Part shown: positions 1 through 11,776 of the stretch, in pieces
Layout: every line of letters begins with the position of its first letter
Numbering within the stretch: position 1 is the first letter of the stretch
DNA from: Eledone cirrhosa
Taxonomy: Eukaryota
Assembly: GCA_964016885.1 (NCBI GenBank)
Contig: OZ024741.1
Coordinates: forward strand, 249,054,001-249,118,000
DNA length: 64,000 nucleotides
Reading direction: 5' to 3'
Program-made: the position numbers and the translations under genes
The notes under the pieces: model-generated
Seen by the model: the letters and a program-made list of their open reading frames with translations, nothing else
Told to the model about the DNA's origin: nothing
Database searches by the model: none

Positions 1-207
1 ATAATTTTCAGCCGTCCAAGGAGAGGTAATTTCTAGCCGTCCAAGGGGAGATAATTTCCAGCCGTCCAAGGGGAGATAATTTTTTTAAAAAAATCAGGCG
101 GAGATAATTTGTAAACAAAAATCAGGGGGAGATAATTTGTAAAAAAAAATCAGGGGGAGATAATTTGTAAAAAAAATCAGGGGGAGATAATTTGTAAAAA
201 AAATCAA

Positions 208-431
208 GGGGAGATAATTTCCAGCCGTCCAAGGGGAGGTAATATCTAGCCATCCAAGGGGAGATAATTTCCAGCCGTCCAAGGGGAGATAATTTCCAGC
301 CGTCCAAGGGGAGATAATATCCAGCCGTCCAAGGAGACATATTTTCCAGCCGTCCAAGGAGAGGTAATTTCTAGCCGTCCAAGGGGAGATAAGTTCCAGC
401 CTCCAAGGGGAGATAATTTCCAGCCAGCCAA
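208..431 (+). repeat. Cassette P (example): 9 type A monomers in fixed order, 224 bp
   Basis: Order is std / GGTAATATCTAGCCAT / std / std / AATATCC / GGAGACATATTTT / GGAGA(G/C)GTAATTTCTAG / AAGTTCCAGCCTCC (24 bp) / CCAGCCAGCC. It recurs at about 1256, 4392, 8092, 9350, 11306, 45334, 55911, 63375 and many other sites. Confidence 0.93.
258..282 (+). repeat. Example of consensus type A monomer, 25 bp: GGGGAGATAATTTCCAGCCGTCCAA
   Basis: Read directly. An identical copy follows at 283-307. Confidence 0.95.
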
Positions 432-673
432 GGGGAGATAATTTGTAAAAAAATCAGGGGGAGATAATTTGTAAAAAAAAAATCAGGGGGAGATAATTTG
501 TAAAAAAATCAGGGGGAGATAATTTGTAAAAAAAAATCAGGGGGAGATAATTTGTAAAAAAAATCAGGGGGAGATAATTTGTAAAAAAAATCAGGGGTAG
601 ATAATTTGTAAAAAAAATCAGGGGGAGATAATTTGTAAAAAAAATCAGGGGGAGATAATTTGTAAAAAAATCA
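432..673 (+). repeat. Example run of type B monomers GGGG(G/T)AGATAATTTGT(A)7-10TCA
   Basis: Read directly. Monomer length varies with A-tract length. Confidence 0.93.
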
Positions 674-774
674 GGGGTAGATAATTTTCAGCCGTCCAAG
701 GGGAGATAATTTCCATCCTTCCAAGGGGAGATAATTTCCAGCCGTCCAAGGGGAGATAATTTCCCGCCAGCCAA
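674..774 (+). repeat. Cassette Q (example): 4 type A monomers with CCATCCTTCC and CCCGCCAGCC variants
   Basis: Usually entered via GGGGTAG and exited via GGAGAGATAA(C/T)ATTTAAAAAAATCAGGCGG. Often a doublet with 206 bp period (copies ending 2603 and 2809). Confidence 0.92.
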
Positions 775-3054
775 GGAGAGATAATATTTAAAAAAATCAG
801 GCGGAGATAATTTGTAAAAAAAATCAGGGGGAGATAATTTGTAAAAAAATCAGGGGGAGATAATTTGTAAAAAAAGATCAGGGGGAGATAATTTGTAAAA
901 AAAATCAGGGGGAGATAATTTGTAAAAAAAAATCAGGGGTAGATAATTTATAAAAAAAAATCAGGGGGAGATAATTTGTAAAAAAAAAATCAGGGGGAGA
1001 TAATTTGTAAAAAAATCAAGGGGAGATAATTTCCAGCCGTGCAAGGGGAGATAATTTTCAGCCGTCCAAGGAGAGGTAATTTCTAGCCGTCCAAGGGGAG
1101 ATAATTTCCAGCCGTCCAAGGGGAGATAATTTTTTTAAAAAAATCAGGCGGAGATTTGTAAACAAAAATCAGGGGGAGATAATTTGTAAAAAAAAATCAG
1201 GGGGAGATAATTTGTAAAAAAAAATCAGGGGGAGATAATTTGTAAAAAAAATCAAGGGGAGATAATTTCCAGCCGTCCAAGGGGAGGTAATATCTAGCCA
1301 TCCAAGGGGAGATAATTTCCAGCCGTCCAAGGGGAGATAATTTCCAGCCGTCCAAGGGGAGATAATATCCAGCCGTCCAAGGAGACATATTTTCCAGCCG
1401 TCCAACGAGACGTAATTTCTAGCCGTCCAAGGGGAGATAAGTTCCAGCCTCCAAGGGGAGATAATTTCCAGCCAGCCAAGGGGAGATAATTTGTAAAAAA
1501 ATTAGGGGGAGATAATTTGTAAAAAAAAATTAGGGGGAGATAATTTGTAAAAAAAAATCAGGGGGAGATAATTTGTAAAAAAAAATCAGGGGGAGATAAT
1601 TTGTAAAAAAAAACAAGGGGAGATTATTTCCAGCCGTCCAAGGGGAGATAATTTTCAGCCGTCCAAGGAGAGGTAAATTCTAGCCGTCCAAGGAGATATA
1701 ATTTCCAGCCGTCCAAGGGGAGATAATTTCCAGCCGTCCAAGGGGAGATAATTTTAAAAAAAAATCAGGCGGAGATAATTTGTAAACAAAAATCAGGGGG
1801 AGATAATTTGTAAAAAAATCAAGGGGAGATAATTTCCAGCCGTCCAAGGGGAGATAATTTTCAGCCGTCCAAGGAGGTAATTTCTAGCCGTCCAAGGGGA
1901 GATAATTTCCAGCCGTCCAAGGGGATATAATTTTTTTTAAAAAATCAGGCGGAGATAATTTGTAAACAAAAATCAGGGGGAGATAATTTGTAAAAAAAAA
2001 TCAGGGGGAGATAATTTGTAAAAAAAAATCAGGGGGAGATAATTTGTAAAAAAAATCAAGGGGAGATAATTTCCAGCCGTCCAAGGGGAGGTAATATCTA
2101 GCCATCCAAGGGGAGATAATTTCCAGCCGTCCAAGGGGAGATAATATCCAGCCGTCCAAGGAGACATATTTTCCAGCCGTCCAAGGAGAGGTAATTTCTA
2201 GCCGTCCAAGGGGAGATAAGTTCCAGCCTCCAAGGGGAGAAAATTTCCAGCCAGCCAAGGGGAGATAATTTGTAAAAAAATCAGGGGGAGATAATTTGTA
2301 AAAAAAAATTCAGGGGGAGATAATTTGTAAAAAAATCAGGGGGAGATAATTTGTAAAAAAAAAATCAGGGGGAGATAATTTGTAAAAAAAATCAGGGGGA
2401 GATAATTTGTAGAAAAAATCAGGGGTAGATAATTTGTAAAAAAAATCAGGGGGAGATAATTTGTAAAAAAAATCAGGGGGAGATAATTTGTAAAAAAAAT
2501 CAGGGGTAGATAATTTTCAGCCGTCCAAGGGGAGATAATTTCCATCCTTCCAAGGGGAGATAATTTCCAGCCGTCCAAGGGGAGATAATTTCCCGCCAGC
2601 CAAGGAGAGATAACATTTAAAAAAATCAGGCGGAGATAATTTGTAAAAAAAATCAGGGGGAGATAATTTGTAAAAAAATCAGAGGGAGATAATTTGTAAA
2701 AAAAATCAGGGGTAGATAATTTCCAGCCGTCCAAGGGGAGATAATTTCCATCCTTCCAAGGGGAGATAATTTCCAGCCGTCCAAGGGGAGATAATTTCCC
2801 GCCAGCCAAGGAGAGATAATATTTAAAAAAATCAGGCGGAGATAATTTGTAAAAAAAATCAGGGGGAGATAATTTGTAAAAAAATCAGGGGGAGATAATT
2901 TGTAAAAAAAAATCAGGGGGAGATAATTTGTAAAAAAAATCAGGGGGAGATAATTTGTAAAAAAAAATCAGGGGTAGATAATTTGTAAAAAAAAATCAGG
3001 GGGAGATAATTTGTAAAAAAAAAATCAGGGGGAGATAATTTGTAAAAAAATCAA

Positions 3055-3154
3055 GGGGAGATAATTTCCAGCCGTCCAAGGGGAGATAATTTTCAGCCGT
3101 CCAAGGAGAGGTAATTTCTAGCCGTCCAAGGGGAGATAATTTCCAGCCGTCCAA
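3055..3154 (+). repeat. Cassette R (example): 4 type A monomers std / TTTTCAGCC / GGAGAGGTAATTTCTAG / std
   Basis: Followed by a hybrid T-run/A-run monomer, then GGCGG and GTAAACAAAAATC. A 5-monomer variant R' carries GTAAATTCTAG and GGAGATATA (e.g. about 9710-9834). Confidence 0.9.
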
Positions 3155-6082
3155 GGGGAGATAATTTTTTTAAAAAAATCAGGCGGAGATAATTTGTAAA
3201 CAAAAATCAGGGGGAGATAATTTGTAAAAAAAATCAGGGGGAGATAATTTGTAAAAAAAAAATCAGGGGGTGATAATTTGTAAAAAAATCAAGGGGAGAT
3301 AATTTCCAGCCGTCCAAGGGGAGATAATTTTCAGCCGTCCAAGGAGAGGTAATTTCTAGCCGTCCAAGGGGAGATAATTTCCAGCCAGCCAAGGGGAGAT
3401 AATTTGTAAAAAAATCAGGGGTAGATAATTTGTAAAAAAAATCAGGGGGAGATAATTTGTAAAAAAAATCAGGGGGAGATAATTTGTAAAAAAAATCAGG
3501 GGTAGATAATTTCCAGCCGTCCAAGGGGAGATAATTTCCATCCTTCCAAGGGGAGATAATTTCCAGCCGTCCAAGGGGAGATAATTTCCCGCCAGCCAAG
3601 GAGAGATAACATTTAAAAAAATCAGGCGGAGATAATTTGTAAAAAAAATCAGGGGGAGATAATTTGTAAAAAAATCAGGGGGAGATAATTTGTAAAAAAA
3701 AATCAGGGGGAGATAATTTGTAAAAGAAATCAGGGGGAGATAATTTGTAAAAAAAATCAGGGGTAGATAATTTGTAAAAAAAATCAGGGGGAGATAATTT
3801 GTAAAAAAAATCAGGGGGAGATAATTTGTAAAAAAAATCAGGGGTAGATAATTTCCAGCCGTCCAAGGGGAGATAATTTCCATCCTTCCAAGGGGAGATA
3901 ATTTCCAGCCGTCCAAGGGGAGATAATTTCCCGCCAGCCAAGGAGAGATAACATTTAAAAAAATCAGGCGGAGATAATTTGTGAAAAAAATCAGGGGGAG
4001 ATAATTTGTAAAAAAATCAGGGGGAGATAATTTGTAAAAAAAATCAGGGGTAGATAATTTCCAGCCGTCCAAGGGGAGATAATTTCCATCCTTCCAAGGG
4101 GAGATAATTTCCAGCCGTCCAAGGGGAGATAATTTCCCGCCAGCCAAGGAGAGATAATATTTAAAAAAATCAGGCGGAGATAATTTGTAAAAAAAATCAG
4201 GGGGAGATAATTTGTAAAAAAATCAGGGGGAGATAATTTGTAAAAAAAAATCAGGGGAGATAATTTGTAAAAAAAATCAGGGGGAGATAATTTGTAAAAA
4301 AAAATCAGGGGTAGATAATTTGTAAAAAAAAATCAGGGGGAGATAATTTGTAAAAAAAAAATCAGGGGGAGATAATTTGTAAAAAAATCAAGGGGAGATA
4401 ATTTCCAGCCGTCCAAGGGGAGGTAATATCTAGCCATCCAAGGGGAGATAATTTCCAGCCGTCCAAGGGGAGATAATTTCCAGCCGTCCAAGGGGAGATA
4501 ATATCCAGCCGTCCAAGGAGACATATTTTCCAGCCGTCCAAGGAGAGGTAATTTCTAGCCGTCCAAGGGGAGATAAGTTCCAGCCTCCAAGGGGAGATAA
4601 TTTCCAGCCAGCCAAGGGGAGATAATTTGTAAAAAAAAAATCAGGGGGAGATAATTTGTAAAAAAATCAGGGGGAGATAATTTGTAAAAAAAAAATCAGG
4701 GGGAGATAATTTGTAAAAAAAATCAGGGGGAGATAATTTGTAGAAAAAATCAGGGGTAGATAATTTGTAAAAAAAATCAGGGGGAGATAATTTGTAAAAA
4801 AAATCAGGGGGAGATAATTTGTAAAAAAAATCAGGGGTAGATAATTTTCAGCCGTCCAAGGGGAGATAATTTCCAGCCGTCCAAGGGGAGATAATTTCCC
4901 GCCAGCCAAGGAGAGATAACATTTAAAAAAATCAGGCGGAGATAATTTGTAAAAAAATCAGGGGGAGATAATTTGTAAAAAAAAATCAGGGGGAGATAAT
5001 TTGTAAAAAAAATCAGGGGGAGATAATTTGTAAAAAAAAATCAGGGGTAGATAATTTGTAAAAAAAAATCAGGGGGAGATAATTTGTAAAAAAAAATCAG
5101 GGGGAGATAATTTGTAAAAAAATCAAGGGGAGATAATTTCCAGCCGTCCAAGGGGAGATAATTTTCAGCCGTCCAAGGAGAGGTAATTTCTAGCCGTCCA
5201 AGGGGAGATAATTTCCAGCCGTCCAAGGGGAGATAATTTTTTTAAAAAAATCAGGCGGAGATAATTTGTAAACAAAAATCAGGGGGAGATAATTTGTAAA
5301 AAAAAATCAGGGGGAGATAATTTGTAAAAAAAAATCAGGGGGAGATAATTTGTAAAAAAAATCAAGGGGAGATAATTTCCAGCCGTCCAAGGGGAGGTAA
5401 TATCTAGCCATCCAAGGGGAGATAATTTCCAGCCGTCCAAGGGGAGATAATTTCCAGCCGTCCAAGGGGAGATAATATCCAGCCGTCCAAGGAGACATAT
5501 TTTCCAGCCGTCCAAGGAGACGTAATTTCTAGCCGTCCAAGGGGAGATAAGTTCCAGCCTCCAAGGGGAGATAATTTCCAGCCAGCCAAGGGGAGATAAT
5601 TTGTAAAAAAATTAGGGGGAGATAATTTGTAAAAAAAAATTAGGGGGAGATAATTTGTAAAAAAAAATCAGGGGGAGATAATTTGTAAAAAAAAATCAGG
5701 GGGAGATAATTTGTAAAAAAAATCAAGGGGAGATAATTTCCAGCCGTCCAAGGGGAGATAATTTTCAGCCGTCCAAGGAGAGGTAAATTCTAGCCGTCCA
5801 AGGAGATATAATTTCCAGCCGTCCAAGGGGAGATAATTTCCAGCCGTCCAAGGGGAGATAATATCCAGCCGTCCAAGGAGACATATTTTCCAGCCGTCCA
5901 AGGAGAGGTAATTTCTAGCCGTCCAAGGGGAGATAAGTTCCAGCCTCCAAGGGGAGATAATTTCCAGCCAGCCAAGGGGAGATAATTTGTAAAAAAATCA
6001 GGGGGGAGATAATTTGTAAAAAAAATCAGGGGGAGATAATTTGAAAAAAAATCAGGGGGAGATAATTTGTAAAAAATATCAA

Positions 6083-6232
6083 GGGGAGATAATTTCCAGC
6101 CCTCCAGGGGGCTATAATTTCCAGCCGTGCAAGGGGAGATAATTTCCAGCCGTCCAAGGGGAGATAATTTCCATCCTTCCAAGGGGAGATAATTTCCAGC
6201 CGTCCAAGGGGAGATAATTTCCCGCCAGCCAA
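6083..6232 (+). repeat. Cassette S (example): 6 type A monomers with CCCTCCA(G/A)GGGGCTATA and CCGTGCAA variants
   Basis: Ten copies start at about 6083, 10306, 21495, 24680, 35842, 39027, 42007, 47548, 49213 and 52306. Each is preceded by a G6 monomer and followed by GGGAAGATAA...GGCGGAGATTGT. Confidence 0.9.
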
Positions 6233-9200
6233 GGGAAGATAATTTTTTAAAAAATCAGGCGGAGATTGTAAAAAAAATCAGGGGGAGATAATTTGTAAAA
6301 AAATCAGGGGGAGATAATTTGTAAAAAAAAAATCAGGGGGAGATAATTTGTAAAAAAATCAAGGGGAGATAATTTCCAGCCGTCCAAGGGGAGATAATTT
6401 TCAGCCGTCCAAGGAGAGGTAATTTCTAGCCGTCCAAGGGGAGATAATTTCCAGCCAGCCAAGGGGAGATAATTTGTAAAAAAATCAGGGGTAGATAATT
6501 TGTAAAAAAAAATCAGGGGGAGATAATTTGTAAAAAAAATCAGGGGGAGATAATTTGTAAAAAAAATCAGGGGTAGATAATTTCCAGCCGTCCAAGGGGA
6601 GATAATTTCCATCCTTCCAAGGGGAGATAATTTCCAGCCGTCCAAGGGGAGATGATTTCCCGCCAGCCAAGGAGAGATAACATTTAAAAAAATCAGGCGG
6701 AGATAATTTGTAAAAAAAATCAGGGGGAGATAATTTGTAAAAAAAAAATCAGGGGGAGATAATTTGTAAAAAAATCAGGGGGAGATAATTTGTAAAAAAA
6801 AAATCAGGGGGAGATAATTTGTAAAAAAAATCAGGGGGAGATAATTTGTAGAAAAAATCAGGGGTAGATAATTTGTAAAAAAAATCAGTGGGAGATAATT
6901 TGTAAAAAAAATCAGGGGGAGATAATTTGTAAAAAAAATCAGGGGTAGATAATTTGTAAAAAAAATCAGGGGTAGATAATTTCCAGCCGTCCAAGGGGAG
7001 ATAATTTCCATCCTTCCAAGGGGAGATAATTTCCAGCCGTCCAAGGGGAGATAATTTCCCGCCAGCCAAGGAGAGATAATATTTAAAAAAATCAGGCGGA
7101 GATAATTTGTAAAAAAAATCAGGGGGAGATAATTTGTAAAAAAATCAGGCGGAGATAATTTGTAAAAAAAAATCAGGGGAGATAATTTGTAAAAAAAATC
7201 AGGGGGAGATAATTTGTAAAAAAAATCAGGGGTAGATAATTTGTAAAAAAAAATCAGGGGGAGATAATTTGTAAAAAAAAAATCAGGGGGAGATAATTTG
7301 TAAAAAAATCAAGGGGAGATAATTTCCAGCCGTCCAAGGGGAGATAATTTTCAGCCGTCCAAGGAGGTAATTTCTAGCCGTCCAAGGGGAGATAATTTCC
7401 AGCCGTCCAAGGGGAGATAATTTTTTTAAAAAAATCAGGCGGAGATAATTTGTAAACAAAAATCAGGGGGAGATAATTTGTAAAAAAAAATCAGGGGGAG
7501 ATAATTTGTAAAAAAAATCAGGGGGAGATAATTTGTAAAAAAAATCAAGGGGAGATAATTTGTAAAAAAAAATCAGGGGTAGATAATTTGTAAAAAAAAA
7601 TCAGGGGGAGATAATTTGTAAAAAAAAAATCAGGGGGAGATAATTTGTAAAAAAATCAGGGGTAGATAATTTGTAAAAAAAAATCAGGGGGAGATAATTT
7701 GTAAAAAAAAATCAGGGGGAGATAATTTGTAAAAAAAATCAGGGGGAGATAATTTGTAAAAAAAAATCAGGGGTAGATAATTTGTAAAAAAAAATCAGGG
7801 GGAGATAATTTGTAAAAAAAAATCAGGGGGAGATAATTTGTAAAAAAATCAAGGGGAGATAATTTCCAGCCGTCCAAGGGGAGATAATTTTCAGCCGTCC
7901 AAGGAGAGGTAATTTCTAGCCGTCCAAGGGGAGATAATTTCCAGCCGTCCAAGGGGAGATAATTTTTTAAAAAAAATCAGGCGGAGATAATTTGTAAACA
8001 AAAATCAGGGGGAGATAATTTGTAAAAAAAAATCAGGGGGAGATAATTTGTAAAAAAAAATCAGGGGGAGATAATTTGTAAAAAAAATCAAGGGGAGATA
8101 ATTTCCAGCCGTCCAAGGGGAGGTAATATCTAGCCATCCAAGGGGAGATAATTTCCAGCCGTCCAAGGGGAGATAATTTCCAGCCGTCCAAGGGGAGATA
8201 ATATCCAGCCGTCCAAGGAGACATATTTTCCAGCCGTCCAAGGAGACGTAATTTCTAGCCGTCCAAGGGGAGATAAGTTCCAGCCTCCAAGGGGAGATAA
8301 TTTCCAGCCAGCCAAGGGGAGATAATTTGTAAAAAAATCAGGGGGAGATAATTTGTAAAAAAAAAATCAGGGGGAGATAATTTGTAAAAAAATCAGGGGG
8401 AGATAATTTGTAAAAAAAAATCAGGGGGAGATAATTTGTAAAAAAAATCAGGGGGAGATAATTTGTAAAAAAAATCAGGGGTAGATAATTTGTAAAAAAA
8501 ATCAGGGGGAGATAATTTGTAAAAAAAATCAGGGGGAGATAATTTGTAAAAAAAATCAGGGGTAGATAATTTTCAGCCGTCCAAGGGGAGATAATTTCCA
8601 TCCTTCCAAGGGGAGATAATTTCCAGCCGTCCAAGGGGAGATAATTTCCCGCCAGCCAAGGAGAGATAACATTTAAAAAAATCAGGCGGAGATAATTTGT
8701 AAAAAAAATCAGGGGGAGATAATTTGTAAAAAAATCAGGGGGAGATAATTTGTAAAAAAAATCAGGGGTAGATAATTTCCAGCCGTCCAAGGGGAGATAA
8801 TTTCCATCCTTCCAAGGGGAGATAATTTCCAGCCGTCCAAGGGGAGATAATTTCCCGCCAGCCAAGGAGAGATAATATTTAAAAAAATCAGGCGGAGATA
8901 ATTTGTAAAAAAAATCAGGGGGAGATAATTTGTAAAAAAATCAGGGGGAGATAATTTGTAAAAAAAAATCAGGGGGAGATAATTTGTAAAAAAAATCAGG
9001 GGGAGATAATTTGTAAAAAAAAATCAGGGGTAGATAATTTGTAAAAAAAAATCAGGGGGAGATAATTTGTAAAAAAAAAATCAGGGGGAGATAATTTGTA
9101 AAAAAATCAAGGGGAGATAATTTCCAGCCGTCCAAGGGGAGATAATTTTCAGCCGTCCAAGGAGAGGTAATTTCTAGCCGTCCAAGGGGAGATAATTTCC

Positions 9201-11776
9201 AGCCGTCCAAGGGGAGATAATTTTTTTAAAAAAATCAGGCGGAGATAATTTGTAAACAAAAATCAGGGGGAGATAATTTGTAAAAAAAAATCAGGGGGAG
9301 ATAATTTGTAAAAAAAAATCAGGGGGAGATAATTTGTAAAAAAAATCAAGGGGAGATAATTTCCAGCCGTCCAAGGGGAGGTAATATCTAGCCATCCAAG
9401 GGGAGATAATTTCCAGCCGTCCAAGGGGAGATAATTTCCAGCCGTCCAAGGGGAGATAATATCCAGCCGTCCAAGGAGACATATTTTCCAGCCGTCCAAG
9501 GAGACGTAATTTCTAGCCGTCCAAGGGGAGATAAGTTCCAGCCTCCAAGGGGAGATAATTTCCAGCCAGCCAAGGGGAGATAATTTGTAAAAAAATTAGG
9601 GGGAGATAATTTGTAAAAAAAATTAGGGGGAGATAATTTGTAAAAAAAAATCAGGGGGAGATAATTTGTAAAAAAAAATCAGGGGGAGATAATTTGTAAA
9701 AAAAATCAAGGGGAGATAATTTCCAGCCGTCCAAGGGGAGATAATTTTCAGCCGTCCAAGGAGAGGTAAATTCTAGCCGTCCAAGGAGATATAATTTCCA
9801 GCCGTCCAAGGGGAGATAATTTCCAGCCGTCCAAGGGGAGATAATTTTTTAAAAAAAATCAGGCGGAGATAATTTCTAAACAAAAATCAGGGGGAGATAA
9901 TTTTTTAAAAAAAATCAGGGGGAGATAATTTGTAAAAAAAAATCAGGGGGAGATAATTTGTAAAAAAAATCAAGGGGAGATAATTTCCAGCCGTCCAAGG
10001 GGAGGTAATATCTAGCCATCCAAGGGGAGATAATTTCCAGCCGTCCAAGGGGAGATAATTTCCAGCCGTCCAAGGGGAGATAATATCCAGCCGTCCAAGG
10101 AGACATATTTTCCAGCCGTCCAAGGAGAGGTAATTTCTAGCCGTCCAAGGGGAGATAAGTTCCAGCCTCCAAGGGGAGATAATTTCCAGCCAGCCAAGGG
10201 GAGATAATTTGTAAAAAAATCAGGGGGGAGATAATTTGTAAAAAAAATCAGGGGGAGATAATTTGAAAAAAAAATCAGGGGGAGATAATTTGTAAAAAAT
10301 ATCAAGGGGAGATAATTTCCAGCCCTCCAGGGGGCTATAATTTCCAGCCGTGCAAGGGGAGATAATTTCCAGCCGTCCAAGGGGAGATAATTTCCATCCT
10401 TCCAAGGGGAGATAATTTCCAGCCGTCCAAGGGGAGATAATTTCCCGCCAGCCAAGGGAAGATAATTTTTTAAAAAATCAGGCGGAGATTGTAAAAAAAA
10501 TCAGGGGGAGATAATTTGTAAAAAAATCAGGGGGAGATAATTTGTAAAAAAAAAATCAGGGGGAGATAATTTGTAAAAAAAAATCAGGGGGAGATAATTT
10601 GTAAAAAAAATCAGGGGGAGATAATTTGTAAAAAAAATCAGGGGTAGATAATTTGTAAAAAAAATCAGGGGGAGATAATTTGTAAAAAAAATCAGGGGGA
10701 GATAATTTGTAAAAAAAAATCAGGGGGAGATAATTTGTAAAAAAATCAAGGGGAGATAATTTCCAGCCGTCCAAGGGGAGATAATTTCCATCCTTCCAAG
10801 GGGAGATAATTTCCAGCCGTCCAAGGGGAGATAATTTCCCGCCAGCCAAGGAGAGATAACATTTAAAAAAATCAGGCGGAGATAATTTGTAAAAAAATCA
10901 GGGGGAGATAATTTGTAAAAAAAAATCAGGGGGAGATAATTTGTAAAAAAAATCAGGGGGAGATAATTTGTAAAAAAAAATCAGGGGTAGATAATTTGTA
11001 AAAAAAAATCAGGGGGAGATAATTTGTAAAAAAAAATCAGGGGGAGATAATTTGTAAAAAAATCAAGGGGAGATAATTTCCAGCCGTCCAAGGGGAGATA
11101 ATTTTCAGCCGTCCAAGGAGAGGTAATTTCTAGCCGTCCAAGGGGAGATAATTTCCAGCCGTCCAAGGGGAGATAATTTTTAAAAAAAAATCAGGCGGAG
11201 ATAATTTGTAAACAAAAATCAGGGGGAGATAATTTGTAAAAAAAAATCAGGGGGAGATAATTTGTAAAAAAAAATCAGGGGGAGATAATTTGTAAAAAAA
11301 ATCAAGGGGAGATAATTTCCAGCCATCCAAGGGGAGGTAATATCTAGCCATCCAAGGGGAGATAATTTCCAGCCGTCCAAGGGGAGATAATTTCCAGCCG
11401 TCCAAGGGGAGATAATATCCAGCCGTCCAAGGAGACATATTTTCCAGCCGTCCAAGGAGACGTAATTTCTAGCCGTCCAAGGGGAGATAAGTTCCAGCCT
11501 CCAAGGGGAGATAATTTCCAGCCAGCCAAGGGGAGATAATTTGTAAAAAAATCAGGGGGAGATAATTTGTAAAAAAAAAATCAGGGGGAGATAATTTGTA
11601 AAAAAATCAGGGGGAGACAATTTGTAAAAAAAAATCAGGGGGAAATAATTTGTAAAAAAATCAGGGGGAGATAATTTGTAAAAAAAATCAGGGGTAGATA
11701 ATTTGTAAAAAAAATCAGGGGGAGATAATTTGTAAAAAAAATCAGGGGGAGATAATTTGTAAAAAAAATCAGGGGT

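Noticed and set aside
258-272. NF-kappaB site in GGGGAGATAATTTCC
   Set aside because: The spacing between GGG and TTCC is longer than the 10 bp GGGRNNYYCC consensus allows.
432-673. G-quadruplex array from G4-G5 runs
   Set aside because: The G-runs are about 21-24 nt apart, much longer than canonical 1-7 nt loops, so stable intramolecular G4 is not supported by sequence alone.
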